IMG/VR virus record: IMGVR_UViG_3300020388_000034
Span: 1 to 34,378 of that record
Direction: 5' to 3' (one strand)
DNA from: a virus
Taxonomy: Duplodnaviria; Caudoviricetes
DNA: 34,378 nucleotides
In this document: positions 17,304-28,513 of the stretch, in pieces
Numbering within the stretch: the first letter of the stretch is position 1
How the letters are laid out: each line of letters starts with the position of its first letter
The notes under the pieces: generated by a model
Told to the model about the DNA's origin: nothing
Database searches by the model: none
Seen by the model: only the letters and a program-made list of their open reading frames with translations
Position numbers and translations under genes: made by a program

Positions 17304-20300
17304 TTAAACAATCCTAACCTTTAAGTTAGCCGCGCTCGTTGACGTTATCCTAACCTTGTTCTGCGCAGGCGCATCGTAGGTGTAGTCAGTGCCTAGTATT
17401 GCACCTTGATTTAAGACATTGGCATCATAGTTGATAGCTACACCGTCACTGCTTGGAATTGTTGAGCCGCTGCTCATGTTGAATATGATTGCTAGATCAA
17501 GATCGTTAGCTAACGTAAAGTGATTAGCATCAGGGATAGCGTCTAGCTGGGTTTTGTTCATTTGATTCGCTGCTGTTCCCATCGCCTCCTGTATGGCATA
17601 AAGCTCTGCATTGACTGTTGCGTTAGTCCAAGTCTCTGAACCATAAGTCGCGTTAGAGTTATACTGCCAAGTTCCTGAATTATTCTTAGCAATGTTTCTT
17701 TCACCATCAGTACCTTTGGCAACCTTCCAAGTTGTTCGGTCATCAGTAGATACGCAGTAGTAGATAGCACCATTACCAGCAGCTTCATCTGCTGTCATTG
17801 AGTTGATGTCAGTCCAGTAGGTTGAGTCTGTGGAGGTTATAGTGTGGGCTGCGTGATAGCCAGTTGGTATGCTTACTCCTGCACCAATACTGTATCCATA
17901 TAATCTTCCATAATCGCCTACTGTATAGAATCTTGAGCCATTATTTTCTATTGCGAATCCTGCTGTAGTTTGTGGGTCTGTAAAGGAGTAGCGAGCAACA
18001 AAACTTGCTGTTTCTATACGGTAGGCTGTAGATAATGAATATTTATAAATATAATTACTGCCATCTATTAGCCACAACTCAGTGCCACTATTTTGATATT
18101 GCATATCTTTCCATGTAGCACTGCTGTAACTAGGCAAATGGAATTGCTCACCAGTAGCAGCGTTTGAAGCTGTTGATAGGTCATTAGCAGTACTCATGGT
18201 GTAATGATAAATATCACCATCATCAGCACAACAATACACTTGCGTACCATCATTAGTCACTAGAACACCAGTTACATCAGACATACTTGCTTTGCTTACA
18301 TTATCATACGACGTACCACCATTTACTCTTTGTGCGACAGTAAGACTGTATGAAAAAATAGTACTTCCACTAACAACAAATAATTTATTGTAAGAACCTC
18401 CATTGTAAAGAAAGCAAAACCCTGTTGGTGATCCTGTCTGGCTGCTAACACTATGAGAGTTATCTAAACTAAAAGATGAGCCATCATAAGCACCATTAGC
18501 TGCCCATGTGTATAATTTGTCACCATTACTATCTATAGTCGTAAAATAAGTACCCGCAGTATTCCAGTGAATTCCTACGGGTCTTGTAAAATCACTTTCA
18601 CTGCCTGAGCCTTGATAAAAAGTGGGATTATAAAGTTGTGTTTGAGCACTAAAATTATAAGTATCGCTATAAGCACTTAGCTCTAAGTCACCGTCCGTTG
18701 TGTTAAATACCATTGCATACATTTGCCAAGAGCCTGAAGCTATTGCGTTTGTGTTTGTGAAATTTGTTGATGTTACATAGGCTCCACTTGTTGCGGTAAG
18801 AACTGCCACTCCGCCATTACCCACAATTGTTTTCCCAACATCCGCAGAACTAAACGACCCTGACCCAAGTGTAAATGTACCATTACCAACAGCAGAAGGT
18901 GTCAAAGTAGTCGCAGTAGCAGTGTTATATCTCGTGTAGTTCTCTGAGGATGAATTTACATCCCAAGCGTTATTGCTTACACCTGTCTGAGCCACTTCTT
19001 TAGTTACTCCAACGACAGGAGACAGCACATTACTCGACAAGGTAATAGTAGATGTTTCACCTGCGGAGTATGTCTTGGTTTGAGTGCCAGCGGTCACAGA
19101 AATATTGTTTAACTGTGTTTGTATACTACTGGTCACACCATCCACATAGCCCAACTCTGTAGCTGTAAGACCAGCAGGAATGCCATCTAATACGTTTACC
19201 TCTGCTGCCGTAGCTGTGACATCAGACACCTGAGATAAAGTAATGCTTGTTGCAGTAGGTGCTACGTTTGCCCAAGAAGAGCCTCCGTATACTTTCATCA
19301 CATTGGAAGACGTATTGAAATAAATCGCACCAGTAACTAGCGCATTGCCATCGTTGTCTACTGTTGGATCACTCGACTTAGCGCCTAGATACCTATCATC
19401 AAATTCATCGTATTTATTAGCCGCATCTGTGGCTGACGAAGCAGCCGAAGTAGCACTTCCTGCCGCTGCTGTAGCACTTGTCGCTGCATTGGTTGCTGAA
19501 GTCGCTGCCGCTGTAGCAGAGTTGCCTGCATTAGTTTCTGACGTAGCTGCATTAGTAGCGCTGGTTGCCGCCTCGCTAGCCTTAGTTGTTGCTGTGGTTG
19601 CACTTGAAGCCGCTGCTGTAGCACTGCTTGCTGCGTTAGTCGCAGAGGTTGCAGCAGCCGTTGCCGAGTTCCCGGCATTGGTCTCTGAAGTTGCAGCCGC
19701 AGTAGCTGAGCTGGCCGCAGCAGTTGCGGAGTTGCCCGCGTTAGTTGCCGAGGTTGCGGCATTTGAGGCAGATGTTGATGCCTCTGCAGCTTTTGTAGTG
19801 GCTGTTGTAGCAGACGTTGCTGCTTCGCTAGCCTTTGTAGTAGCGGTAGTTGCACTTGAGGCAGCACTGGTTGCACTTGAAGCTGCCGCTGTTGCACTGT
19901 TTCCAGCATTGGTTGCAGAAGTAGCCGCATTCGTTGCAGAGGTAGCCGCTGCTGTCGCTGAGCTTGCCGCCGCCGTAGCACTCGCCGCTGCTGCCGCTGA
20001 CGTACCTACCCAGTGACTGCCAGAGCTGGCTGGGACGTTACCCGTGTTGCTGTTTTGCAAACTGGTGTACAAGATGCCATCTGTGCCTACCACATTCTCG
20101 TGGATAGCGTAGGTGCGAGTAGATAACCACGCAAAGGCTATGCTTGCCCAGTATGCCGTAACGCTGGCGGGATTGTTGTTTAAATTACTGTTCTGCAGAC
20201 TCTGATACTGGAGATTGTTGTAAGTAACAACTGCGCCAGTTTGATAGGTTATCCCGGCGTTCCATTCTACCGAGTAGAGAAGCGTCCAGTATCCTGACGT

Positions 20301-20693
20301 AGACGTAGGATCGTTGTTCTGGTTGCCTGCGGCGAGAGATCGGTAGTATTGACCATCGCTACCCAATACCACAGCATCAGCACTGTATATCTTCGTAGCT
20401 ACCCAACCGTCACCAAATACACTAGCTGTCTGACCTATAGGGTCACGGACCAGTATCTGCACATCGTTCTTGTCTACCAGTATCGCCTTAGCAGTACCGC
20501 TGAAGAATATGTTTGGTTGCCTACCAGCCGCGCTCAGAATGACCGGATTGGTGTTAGCAATAGTCTGGTTGATGTCGCTGAAGGTATCCTTGAGAGTAGT
20601 CGTACCTGTCTCGTAGAAATATATCTTACCGCTGCTTAGAGGATCGCCAGCGTCATCAAAGTATTGTGCGTTTATCTCGCCGAATCTAGCCAT
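17304..20693 (-). CDS. Tail fibre/tailspike
   Basis: P22-like head-binding N-terminus ([12 protein letters not shown]...NTNPVIL); three W...Y...V...Y.SL...N..N.P...W CBM5/12-like repeats; Ala/Ser/Thr coiled coil; FDDRYLG motif; beta-propeller-like C-terminal region. Confidence 0.85.
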   Translation of the reverse strand: MARFGEINAQYFDDAGDPLSSGKIYFYETGTTTLKDTFSDINQTIANTNPVILSAAGRQPNIFFSGTAKAILVDKNDVQILVRDPIGQTASVFGDGWVATKIYSADAVVLGSDGQYYRSLAAGNQNNDPTSTSGYWTLLYSVEWNAGITYQTGAVVTYNNLQYQSLQNSNLNNNPASVTAYWASIAFAWLSTRTYAIHENVVGTDGILYTSLQNSNTGNVPASSGSHWVGTSAAAAASATAAASSATAAATSATNAATSATNAGNSATAAASSATSAASSATTATTKASEAATSATTATTKAAEASTSASNAATSATNAGNSATAAASSATAAATSETNAGNSATAAATSATNAASSATAAASSATTATTKASEAATSATNAATSETNAGNSATAAATSATNAATSATAAAGSATSAASSATDAANKYDEFDDRYLGAKSSDPTVDNDGNALVTGAIYFNTSSNVMKVYGGSSWANVAPTATSITLSQVSDVTATAAEVNVLDGIPAGLTATELGYVDGVTSSIQTQLNNISVTAGTQTKTYSAGETSTITLSSNVLSPVVGVTKEVAQTGVSNNAWDVNSSSENYTRYNTATATTLTPSAVGNGTFTLGSGSFSSADVGKTIVGNGGVAVLTATSGAYVTSTNFTNTNAIASGSWQMYAMVFNTTDGDLELSAYSDTYNFSAQTQLYNPTFYQGSGSESDFTRPVGIHWNTAGTYFTTIDSNGDKLYTWAANGAYDGSSFSLDNSHSVSSQTGSPTGFCFLYNGGSYNKLFVVSGSTIFSYSLTVAQRVNGGTSYDNVSKASMSDVTGVLVTNDGTQVYCCADDGDIYHYTMSTANDLSTASNAATGEQFHLPSYSSATWKDMQYQNSGTELWLIDGSNYIYKYSLSTAYRIETASFVARYSFTDPQTTAGFAIENNGSRFYTVGDYGRLYGYSIGAGVSIPTGYHAAHTITSTDSTYWTDINSMTADEAAGNGAIYYCVSTDDRTTWKVAKGTDGERNIAKNNSGTWQYNSNATYGSETWTNATVNAELYAIQEAMGTAANQMNKTQLDAIPDANHFTLANDLDLAIIFNMSSGSTIPSSDGVAINYDANVLNQGAILGTDYTYDAPAQNKVRITSTSAANLKVRIV
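19430..20000 (-). repeat. Coding heptad repeats ([28 protein letters not shown])
   Basis: Visible in the fibre translation, about aa 232-422. Confidence 0.85.
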
Positions 20694-22816
20694 TATTCAT
20701 CACCGCTTGTACTGTTCAAAAAGTAATTAGCCACACCTACGGCTAATGCTCTTTCTTTAATATTGGCTGGAACAGTGTTTGCCCAGTTATTAAATACCTT
20801 GCTTTTTATAAAGCTAGCCTCAGCTCTATCTGTGGGCTCTCCTTTTGCAGATCTAACGATAATTCTTTTAAATGTTGGATCTCCCATCATTTGACTCGCG
20901 GCTTTAAGGGTATCTTCTGGAGCAGACTCCAAAGCCCATTTTACCCACTTGCCAGCTATAGGTATTTCTCCAAAAAACTTGCTGATGAATCCATTGTCGT
21001 TATTCATCATTTCCATTGCGTTAGTTATACCAGTTCTGGGAGCAGACGCCGCTGCATCTGCATAAGCCTTTGATATAGACGCTAAGTTATTGAGATACTT
21101 TGCGCCGCCGGAAGGAAGATTTCTAAAAAGCAAATCCCTAGCGCCAGTGTCTCTCTTAATTTTACTCCACCAAGCAGCAAATTGACCGGGAGATAATTCC
21201 ACGTTCGTTCTGCCTCCACGGGTAAAAATACCACCAAGAGCAGTTACTACAGCTTCTTGTCTCATACCTTCTGGGACCGCTTCTATAACCTGCTTGAACA
21301 ATTGACTGTTTCCCTGAGATAACTGATTCATAGCTCTGGTTAGTTGAGGAACAATATTCCTCTCCATATTCCTGCCAGCAACATTCTTGGCTATCTCTTC
21401 AAGACCTTTTCTTTCAGCAACAAGACCTTTTGCTGTTTGCCAAACCTGAGACATAGATGGGTCAATGTCTCTAAGAGCCTGATCCTGCGCCTCTGTAAGA
21501 GCGTCATACAATCTACCAAGCTGAAACGATGCGGCATCTCCAGCAAACATACCTCTCGACGCGTTGCCGTATTGCTCTCCTATTTTCTTCCTAAGTTCAT
21601 CAAGTCGAGTGTAAGTCATCTGACCAGCTCTACCTGTTGCTGACATTGATCTTTGCACTTCTCTAAATAATTGCTGCTCTGGTTGAGATAAATTTTTTAC
21701 ACCGCCAGCATCTATTGCCTTTGACCTAAGCGCGTCCCTAAGTGGACGCAAATTACTTATTCTAGTTCTAGGGTCAATTGTTGCGCTAATCTTTGCGTAA
21801 AGAGCATCAGACTGAGTTCTCAGCCCATCCATTGTGTCGCTCATTTCTTTCTTGATGCGATCATCTACGGTGATTAAATCCCGGCTTCCTCCAAAGTCAT
21901 CTATAAAGTTTCCAGCCCTAGCGGATAGTTGGTCTATAAACTGCTTCTCCGAATTAGCCATTGCTGAGCCGGGAATCTGAGCCAGAGCCTGTTCAACCTG
22001 AATATATTGAGGATTTTGAGAAACCATCCTTGCTGGAGTGACTTCTTCTAATCCTAACTCCTCAACAGCCCTAGCCCTAACAGGATCAGGTCGAACAACA
22101 TCAACCATACGCTCAGCAGCTTGCGGAGCCCGCCCAGTTGTTGCCTCTCTTGCTACGCGAGATATTTCAGGAGCCGCTTCCTCTTCAAGCGTTCCGGCTA
22201 CCTGACCTCTCATTGCGGATTCTTGTCTTCCCGCAGAGACCACTCCGGGCAAATCTGAAGCAACGCTAAACATCGGAGCCATTGCTACCTCTCCGACATT
22301 AAACTCGCCACCAGCTTTACTTTGGGCTAATTCTATTGCAGCTTGCGTTGCCGCTTCTAATGCCGCTCTGGTCAACAAAGTTCTACCAAAACCAGCAGGA
22401 GTTGCCGCAGTAATTGCTGCTATTGTTTGAGGAACATCTCCTAAGCTTAAACCCGGCTTATTAACAACATAGGTCTGAGGATTCTCAGGGTGATTAATGT
22501 AAACACCGCCTCTTGGCCCTGTGCTTACCTGTATTCTAGGATCAGCAACCTTTAGTATCTGCGCGAATTCGTTTGGATCAAATGTTAAAGCACTAAGCGC
22601 ACCCAGTCCTGTGCGAGCGACAACTCCACTTTCAGGAAGCACCTCGCCCACTCTTGTAGGGTACAGTTCTCTTGCAGATTTCTGCTCGGGCGTAAGAGGT
22701 ATGTCAGCTACAAGACTTCTTTGAGGCTCGCCTATCTCTCTTAGAGGCGCAGGAGCGCTAGTAACAACAGGAGCCTGACTTGTATCTGCTATTAATGTCT
22801 TCGTTTGGGGAGCCAT
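20693..22816 (-). CDS. DNA ejection/transfer protein (P22 gp16 position)
   Basis: 707-aa helical protein; last of the ejection cluster before the fibre. Confidence 0.65.
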   Translation of the reverse strand: MAPQTKTLIADTSQAPVVTSAPAPLREIGEPQRSLVADIPLTPEQKSARELYPTRVGEVLPESGVVARTGLGALSALTFDPNEFAQILKVADPRIQVSTGPRGGVYINHPENPQTYVVNKPGLSLGDVPQTIAAITAATPAGFGRTLLTRAALEAATQAAIELAQSKAGGEFNVGEVAMAPMFSVASDLPGVVSAGRQESAMRGQVAGTLEEEAAPEISRVAREATTGRAPQAAERMVDVVRPDPVRARAVEELGLEEVTPARMVSQNPQYIQVEQALAQIPGSAMANSEKQFIDQLSARAGNFIDDFGGSRDLITVDDRIKKEMSDTMDGLRTQSDALYAKISATIDPRTRISNLRPLRDALRSKAIDAGGVKNLSQPEQQLFREVQRSMSATGRAGQMTYTRLDELRKKIGEQYGNASRGMFAGDAASFQLGRLYDALTEAQDQALRDIDPSMSQVWQTAKGLVAERKGLEEIAKNVAGRNMERNIVPQLTRAMNQLSQGNSQLFKQVIEAVPEGMRQEAVVTALGGIFTRGGRTNVELSPGQFAAWWSKIKRDTGARDLLFRNLPSGGAKYLNNLASISKAYADAAASAPRTGITNAMEMMNNDNGFISKFFGEIPIAGKWVKWALESAPEDTLKAASQMMGDPTFKRIIVRSAKGEPTDRAEASFIKSKVFNNWANTVPANIKERALAVGVANYFLNSTSGDE

Positions 22817-22819
22817 ATA

Positions 22820-24088
22820 TCAATCCCTAAATCTTGCTGGGTAATAATTTCCATCAGACGCTTTTACTTTAATGTTTGGAACATCAGCTTCAGTTATTTG
22901 CCCACTCTGAAGGGCTGCATTCATTTCTTCTTCACTTTCATATTGCAGGACACCAATCGATCCTGCTGCAGATGGAACAGTTGTATTAGGCCCAACGGCA
23001 GGCATATCTTGAATTTGTCTCTCCAAGTATGATGTTGGGTTTCTAAAAAACTCTCTTGAGTCAAAGGCATCACCATAAGAAACATTAATTAAGTCCCTTA
23101 TGTTCCTCGCCGAAGACGCTCCAAATTCCGCACTCATGAAATTTTGACTAGGATTGTAAGCCTGCGCTCTTTGTTTCTGAGAGGCATAAGTCGAAAGGAT
23201 TGATGGAGCTTGTCCAGTAATTAAACCTCTAGCTTGACCAACTAAAGCATCAACATCTAGCAATTCAGGATTTGTTGGGTCAAAAGATGCAAGTAAAGAG
23301 GCAACTTGTGGATCAGACTGACCTAAATTTCTAATATAATCTATAACACCAGCCTGAAGACTCTGACCTCCAGCCTGATTAGCAAAATCCCTATCAGTCA
23401 CAACACCGGGACTTGCCATTCTTGCCATAATCGTAAGAATAGTTGCCGCCGCCTGTCTGCCAGATCGTTTTTCAATATCGGTTGCATTTTTGTCTTGCGC
23501 TTTTGTGATAAACCCAGCCAAAGATTCTAGCTTGTTAAAGCCAGTAACAGCATCAGCAGCCAATTTGTTGTTTCCCTCCATTGTGTCAACAATAGAGTTT
23601 CTGGCAGCGTTCCAATCTGCCTGCATACCTTGCATTTGCAATTTTTGCGTTTCAGAAAGCGCTGGCATCTGTATTAGGCCGATCTGATACGCGCTGTTTA
23701 TCGCGGAATCAAGCGATGGTATAGCAGACGCGGGATCGCTCATGAGCATCTGCATGAGATTTTGCGTTGCATCACTAGATGCGCCAATCCTATTTTCTAG
23801 CTGAGCCCTGTCTCGCAGAAGCTCGATAGCCTGATTCACATTCCCAGCACCCAGCAAACCTCTAATTCTTACAGCGTCCTGAGCAGCAGACTTAGCAAGC
23901 GTTTCCTGCATCTGAAAATCCTGCATAGCAGACTGACGCTGATACTGCTCTTCAGCTCGCATCTGCTGCTGAAACTGCGGGCCTTGACCTGTGTACGCAG
24001 CCTGCAATCCCTGCAATACAGTGCTTAGCTTTGGGCCTTGCTGCTGTGTAGGCATTCTGCCGCCTAGCAATGATAAGTTGTCAGCCAT
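22820..24088 (-). CDS. DNA ejection protein (P22 gp20 position)
   Basis: Gln/Ala-rich helical 422-aa protein; synteny. Confidence 0.6.
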   Translation of the reverse strand: MADNLSLLGGRMPTQQQGPKLSTVLQGLQAAYTGQGPQFQQQMRAEEQYQRQSAMQDFQMQETLAKSAAQDAVRIRGLLGAGNVNQAIELLRDRAQLENRIGASSDATQNLMQMLMSDPASAIPSLDSAINSAYQIGLIQMPALSETQKLQMQGMQADWNAARNSIVDTMEGNNKLAADAVTGFNKLESLAGFITKAQDKNATDIEKRSGRQAAATILTIMARMASPGVVTDRDFANQAGGQSLQAGVIDYIRNLGQSDPQVASLLASFDPTNPELLDVDALVGQARGLITGQAPSILSTYASQKQRAQAYNPSQNFMSAEFGASSARNIRDLINVSYGDAFDSREFFRNPTSYLERQIQDMPAVGPNTTVPSAAGSIGVLQYESEEEMNAALQSGQITEADVPNIKVKASDGNYYPARFRD

Positions 24089-26214
24089 TACGCTAATCCT
24101 TGAATCATAGACATATTTGCCATTGGAGAAACTTGAGGCGCAGTCATTACGCTGCTATTCATTGGGTTAGAAAAATAGCCCGGAGCAAACCCAGAGCCTA
24201 TTCTAAAAGTGCTTTGAGCTGCCTGCTCGCTTGGAAACATTTCAGCTATTTGAGTACCAACTACAGCACCGCCTAATGCACCAGCCAAAGGGCTCTGACC
24301 GACAAACGTCTGCGCTTGCGGAGTGCCAGCAAGCTGAGAACCTATGTTGCTATAGCCTTGAGCCTGCAACTGCGCTAATTCAGTCTGTGCTGCCGCATCA
24401 CCTGCTGCTGCTGACTGCTGTAACTGGTTCATGTAGTTCGTCTGGGCCGCAATCATAGAAGCCGAGCGAGCGCCCTGATCCTGCTGTAGATCAGCTATCT
24501 GAGATGATGTTGTGCCAATCATTCTATCTAACTGTTCGCCTGCGCGAGTCCTCATGCCTGCTACGTTAAGCCCTGTCTGAGCAGCAAGGTCGGCTGCGCG
24601 AGTACCTATGCCTAACGCAATATTGGATCGGCCTGCACCTAGTCCGGTTCTTAAATCAGCTTCGCTGACACCCAACTGCTGCGCTAAGTTAGCCAACTGC
24701 GTACCTTGTTGTGTAGCTGCCTGCATTTCTGTGGTCCCGCCAAGCACACCCAGATTAGCAAGCTGCTGAGCTTGACCAGTAGATAAATTAGCCAGATTCT
24801 GACCAGCACCAGAGGCTAGTCCCGCAAGCTGCTGAGCGCCACCTGTCGCAATATTAGCCGCGCTGCCTCTAGCGCCAAGCCCTTGAGCAGATAACGCTTG
24901 AAGATTACCTATCTGATTTTGTAAGTCTTGAGAAGCAAGTCCTGTACCGTACCGGGCAAGCTCTTTCATAACATTGCCGCCACCCACGCCGCCTCTAGCG
25001 GCTGCTGTGCGAAGAGCTGCCTGCTCACCCTGCTCTCGTAGGAATTGCATTTGTGGGCTTTCTTGATAAGCCTGCTGGAATGCTTCTGGGCCTAACGCTC
25101 CAGACAGTGCCAGTTGCTGTTGTAGCGCCTGACCGCCAGCCTGAGCGTATGGATCAAACATTGCCTCAGCTCTTCCAAAACCGGATTGAATATCTCCTCT
25201 GGACTGAGAGAGAGCCTGCTGTATGTCTCCACGGCCTCCAGTGAATCCTGACTCAATGTCAGCTCTAGCGCCTCCCAGAGCTTGCTGGAGAGCGCCTATA
25301 CCAGTTTGAGTACCCTGCATTATGTCTTGTCTAGCTTGGCCTATACCGCCTCTGAGCGCTCCTATGCCGCCCAGTGTGCCAGCAGTTAGCTCTCTGCCTG
25401 CTGCGCCTGCGGTAGTTCCCAAAAGCCCTGTAGCCCTTCCTGCGCCGCCTAACGCAGCTTGTTCTGCTGCTGCTAAACCTACGGGTAGCTGTGCGCCAGC
25501 CATACCGCCTGTTTGTGCGTTTCTTAAAAGGTTGGGATTGTTGGCATCAGGTACTGTAATAACTGCGGGAGGTTGCGCAACAACCGGAGGCTGCGAAACA
25601 ACCGGAGGAGGAGTTACAGGAGGAGGAGGCGTTACAGGCGGCTGTGTAACAGGAGGCGGCACTCTTTCTGCTCTTATGCGATCAAACGCGCTGTTTACAA
25701 AATCAAGACTTAAACCATACTGGTCAGCTACCTGTTGAGCAGTTGTTGCTCCAGAAAGCAAATCATCAAACACCTGATTCTGTATTCTGCCGAGATTGTT
25801 ATTAACGTAATCAACGCTAACGCCATATTCTTGAGCAACCTGCTGTGGAGTCTTCGCACCGCTTGATAGCTCACCTACGGCCCTGTTTATATCTTCTTGT
25901 GTAAATGCTGGGCGAGAAGTGTCTATCACCTCATCAAGAGGACGAGTGGGAGTGTTCACAGGTTCAGATTGGACCTGCTTCTCAATAACCTGCTGGATAG
26001 GAGGCGCATCAGTTATAACCTGATCATAAGCCTGTCTCGCAACTGCTGGGTCAACACCCATCACATTTGCAATGTAATTAAGATCAGCGCCGACATCATC
26101 AATAAGCCTAGCGATCTCTGGGACCGTAGCATTTGGCGTAGACTTAATGAAATCGAGAACAATAAACTCGGCTTCTCTTACGCCCTCTGTATCTTCTCGC
26201 TTGCCTCTCATCAT
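24088..26214 (-). CDS. gp7-like ejection protein with N-terminal HTH-like repeats
   Basis: PYAQAG..AL...YQESP..QF..EQG..A.LR.AAA.GG..GGN gp7-like segment within Gly/Ala/Gln-rich repeats. Confidence 0.65.
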   Translation of the reverse strand: MMRGKREDTEGVREAEFIVLDFIKSTPNATVPEIARLIDDVGADLNYIANVMGVDPAVARQAYDQVITDAPPIQQVIEKQVQSEPVNTPTRPLDEVIDTSRPAFTQEDINRAVGELSSGAKTPQQVAQEYGVSVDYVNNNLGRIQNQVFDDLLSGATTAQQVADQYGLSLDFVNSAFDRIRAERVPPPVTQPPVTPPPPVTPPPVVSQPPVVAQPPAVITVPDANNPNLLRNAQTGGMAGAQLPVGLAAAEQAALGGAGRATGLLGTTAGAAGRELTAGTLGGIGALRGGIGQARQDIMQGTQTGIGALQQALGGARADIESGFTGGRGDIQQALSQSRGDIQSGFGRAEAMFDPYAQAGGQALQQQLALSGALGPEAFQQAYQESPQMQFLREQGEQAALRTAAARGGVGGGNVMKELARYGTGLASQDLQNQIGNLQALSAQGLGARGSAANIATGGAQQLAGLASGAGQNLANLSTGQAQQLANLGVLGGTTEMQAATQQGTQLANLAQQLGVSEADLRTGLGAGRSNIALGIGTRAADLAAQTGLNVAGMRTRAGEQLDRMIGTTSSQIADLQQDQGARSASMIAAQTNYMNQLQQSAAAGDAAAQTELAQLQAQGYSNIGSQLAGTPQAQTFVGQSPLAGALGGAVVGTQIAEMFPSEQAAQSTFRIGSGFAPGYFSNPMNSSVMTAPQVSPMANMSMIQGLA

Positions 26215-26828
26215 AACGGTATCTGCCCATCGCTTTGGAATGTCAGCATTGCTTGTTGCATTTGATCAACTGGCGCGGCTGCTTGTTGTGTGGCTTGTTG
26301 TGTGGCTTGTCCCTGACCGCCCGGAACAGGAGTAAACTGCATAGGCTCTGGATTCATAAGCGGATCAAGCACACCGTAATCTAACTGACCGCCGACATTC
26401 TGAGCCTGCGGCATATATCCCAATGAACCAGTTCCAAGAAGAGCTGACATACGAAAAGGAACCGCCTCAGCGATTCGCTGCTGAGCCATATAGTTACCTT
26501 CCCGGAATTGCTCTAGCTGCGGTCTAAACATTGAACCAGCTAAAGCCAGAGCCCTGTTTGCGCTTTCTTGCCGAATATCCTGAGAACGCTGATATGCTGG
26601 AGCTAATGGCTCTAACGCCTTTTGACCAAACTCTCTGATCAATGCCATTTGCTCTGCTCGCTGCTGAGCAGATTGAGCGGCAGCTTCCTCGCCTATCTTA
26701 TTGGCATCTCTTTGGCCCATATACCCAAGAGCCGTGCCGCCTATGGCAGCTAAACCCTTAGCGCCTCCAAGAGCGCCAGCTATGCCCTTTCCTGCCGCAA
26801 CTAATGGTGCCAAAAATGGTATTGCCAT
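26211..26828 (-). CDS. Ejection protein, gp7-N-terminus-like
   Basis: Gly/Ala hydrophobic N-terminus followed by a Gln/Ala helix; first gene of the ejection cluster. Confidence 0.55.
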   Translation of the reverse strand: MAIPFLAPLVAAGKGIAGALGGAKGLAAIGGTALGYMGQRDANKIGEEAAAQSAQQRAEQMALIREFGQKALEPLAPAYQRSQDIRQESANRALALAGSMFRPQLEQFREGNYMAQQRIAEAVPFRMSALLGTGSLGYMPQAQNVGGQLDYGVLDPLMNPEPMQFTPVPGGQGQATQQATQQAAAPVDQMQQAMLTFQSDGQIPL

Positions 26829-26837
26829 AATATTCTC

Positions 26838-27089
26838 CTAAACCGCTATCCAACCCTTGCTTCGGTCACCACCGATCTCTGGCTGCATCTTTCTATATTG
26901 AATTGATCCCGCGCTTCCAGTGGTGTCGAGATATAAACTAAACTGTACCGCTTCAACTACACCCTCTGGGCTTCCTGCACCTGTTATCGGTATAGATAAA
27001 GCCGCTTCCTGCGTAAACTGCCTGAATGGCTGCTCCATCGTGCCATTAGCATCAACTATCGGCTGAGCCGCGTTTAGCTTATAGCTCAT
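26838..27089 (-). CDS. Small virion protein (tail-needle/gp26 position)
   Basis: 83 aa coupled to the gp10-like gene; GSPEGVV...SLYLD...KGW. Confidence 0.55.
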   Translation of the reverse strand: MSYKLNAAQPIVDANGTMEQPFRQFTQEAALSIPITGAGSPEGVVEAVQFSLYLDTTGSAGSIQYRKMQPEIGGDRSKGWIAV

Positions 27090-28513
27090 TGCGTTGCCAC
27101 AATGTCAGCAGTCATCTGTATAAATACTGGCTTTACAGGCTCACTCATCGTAAATCTAAACAGCTCAAACCGCGAAGCCCTGCCGTTGCGATTCCATATC
27201 ACCCTACGGTTGTACTCGCCAACCTTACCAATGCTGCGGTATCTAGCATCTGACCATATTTTACCATCTACAGACCGCTCTAATCCCACTTTCGGGTCCA
27301 CAGCAGACGAATTACCTACACCGCTTTCAACTGTAAGCTCTAGCTCTGGCAGGACAAACGACTGCATATTGCTTTGAAACGGCTGAGTTACGATAGTTCT
27401 GCGAATCTCAGTGTTATATTCTGTGTACACATTCTGGCCTAACAGGCCAACCCTTCCATCTACCAGATCGCCAGCCCACAATTGATTGTATGCACGGACT
27501 AAAGCGTTTACCCGATACGCACCTAGAGCGCCATCAACAAATGACTTCCTTTCATGCCATCGCTTGCTGATCGTGTCATAAACCAACGTAGTGCCGGGTA
27601 GCGCAAAGCCAACAAAATACGCACCTTTTTCTGCGTATGCCCAGCTATATATATCAAGTATCTGGGCCTCAGTAAGAGCACTTAGCTCTTTGTCTATCGC
27701 AGTGGTAGATATCTTGGCTACACTGTTACCATTTAGCGCCCAGATCGCAGGCGACTCATTCGCACCAGCACCAACAAACACAAACGTATCTTGGATAGAC
27801 TGAATGCTAAACGGGCTCGATATACCTTTACTTAGGAACAAACCAGTGCGCTGAAACGGAAAGTCAGCGCCGCCAATGTTCTGAAATGCTTCTATCGTCT
27901 GCGAACCGCCGATAAATAGCTGGTTTTTGAAGACTATCGGAGCAACAATTTCATCTGGGTCCGACTCTGCAGTGCCGAAGTCTAGCGCGTTATACGCCAA
28001 ACCATCATTCAGTGCGCTTACAATAAACTTCTTGGTGTCAGTAGTGAGGCAGAAAAACCCGTCAATAAACACAACCTGCTGCGGATTACCGTTAGCCGTG
28101 AAATCAGAATCAGTAATCTGGGCAAAAGTATTAGCAACGTGATTGTAGATGTATCCAGCACCGCCCGGAACCAACAGTAATAACTGCGTTCCGTTGTCAG
28201 CCATTGACACCCTGCCACTACCACCTATCGCCACATTGCTTCTTGTCGTAAGAGTGTAGTCCTCTGCCATACTGTACAGGTGACTGCCGATCAGAAAGTA
28301 AGGCACACCATTCATCTCATGTGCGCCACGACAGTTATCTAATTCACTTGCGCTAGCAACCTGAGTAAGTCCGGGAGTGCCGAAGAGAGTCTCCTGATTC
28401 AACGCAGGAGCCTGAGCTATGTTTGGGTATAAGTTAGTGCATTCCTGCGCTGATATCGGCAGAGAATCGCTCTCATAGTACCCGTTAGCTATTGGCAGGA
28501 TGACTTTTGGCAT
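27086..28513 (-). CDS. Tail hub/DNA stabilisation protein, P22 gp10-like
   Basis: 475 aa beta-rich; GRVSMADNG, TAESDPD.IV, GEYNRRVIW motifs. Confidence 0.88.
   Translation of the reverse strand: MPKVILPIANGYYESDSLPISAQECTNLYPNIAQAPALNQETLFGTPGLTQVASASELDNCRGAHEMNGVPYFLIGSHLYSMAEDYTLTTRSNVAIGGSGRVSMADNGTQLLLLVPGGAGYIYNHVANTFAQITDSDFTANGNPQQVVFIDGFFCLTTDTKKFIVSALNDGLAYNALDFGTAESDPDEIVAPIVFKNQLFIGGSQTIEAFQNIGGADFPFQRTGLFLSKGISSPFSIQSIQDTFVFVGAGANESPAIWALNGNSVAKISTTAIDKELSALTEAQILDIYSWAYAEKGAYFVGFALPGTTLVYDTISKRWHERKSFVDGALGAYRVNALVRAYNQLWAGDLVDGRVGLLGQNVYTEYNTEIRRTIVTQPFQSNMQSFVLPELELTVESGVGNSSAVDPKVGLERSVDGKIWSDARYRSIGKVGEYNRRVIWNRNGRASRFELFRFTMSEPVKPVFIQMTADIVATQ

Noticed and set aside
19345-20016. 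Long plus-strand 223-aa ORF and alternate-frame 198-aa ORF in the fibre gene
   Set aside because: Shadows of the Ala/Ser/Thr repeat codons; no RBS or independent support.
26281-26310. Short tandem repeat of gcttgttgtgtg (about 2.5 copies)
   Set aside because: Encodes an ATQQ low-complexity linker; in frame, with no sign of phase variation.
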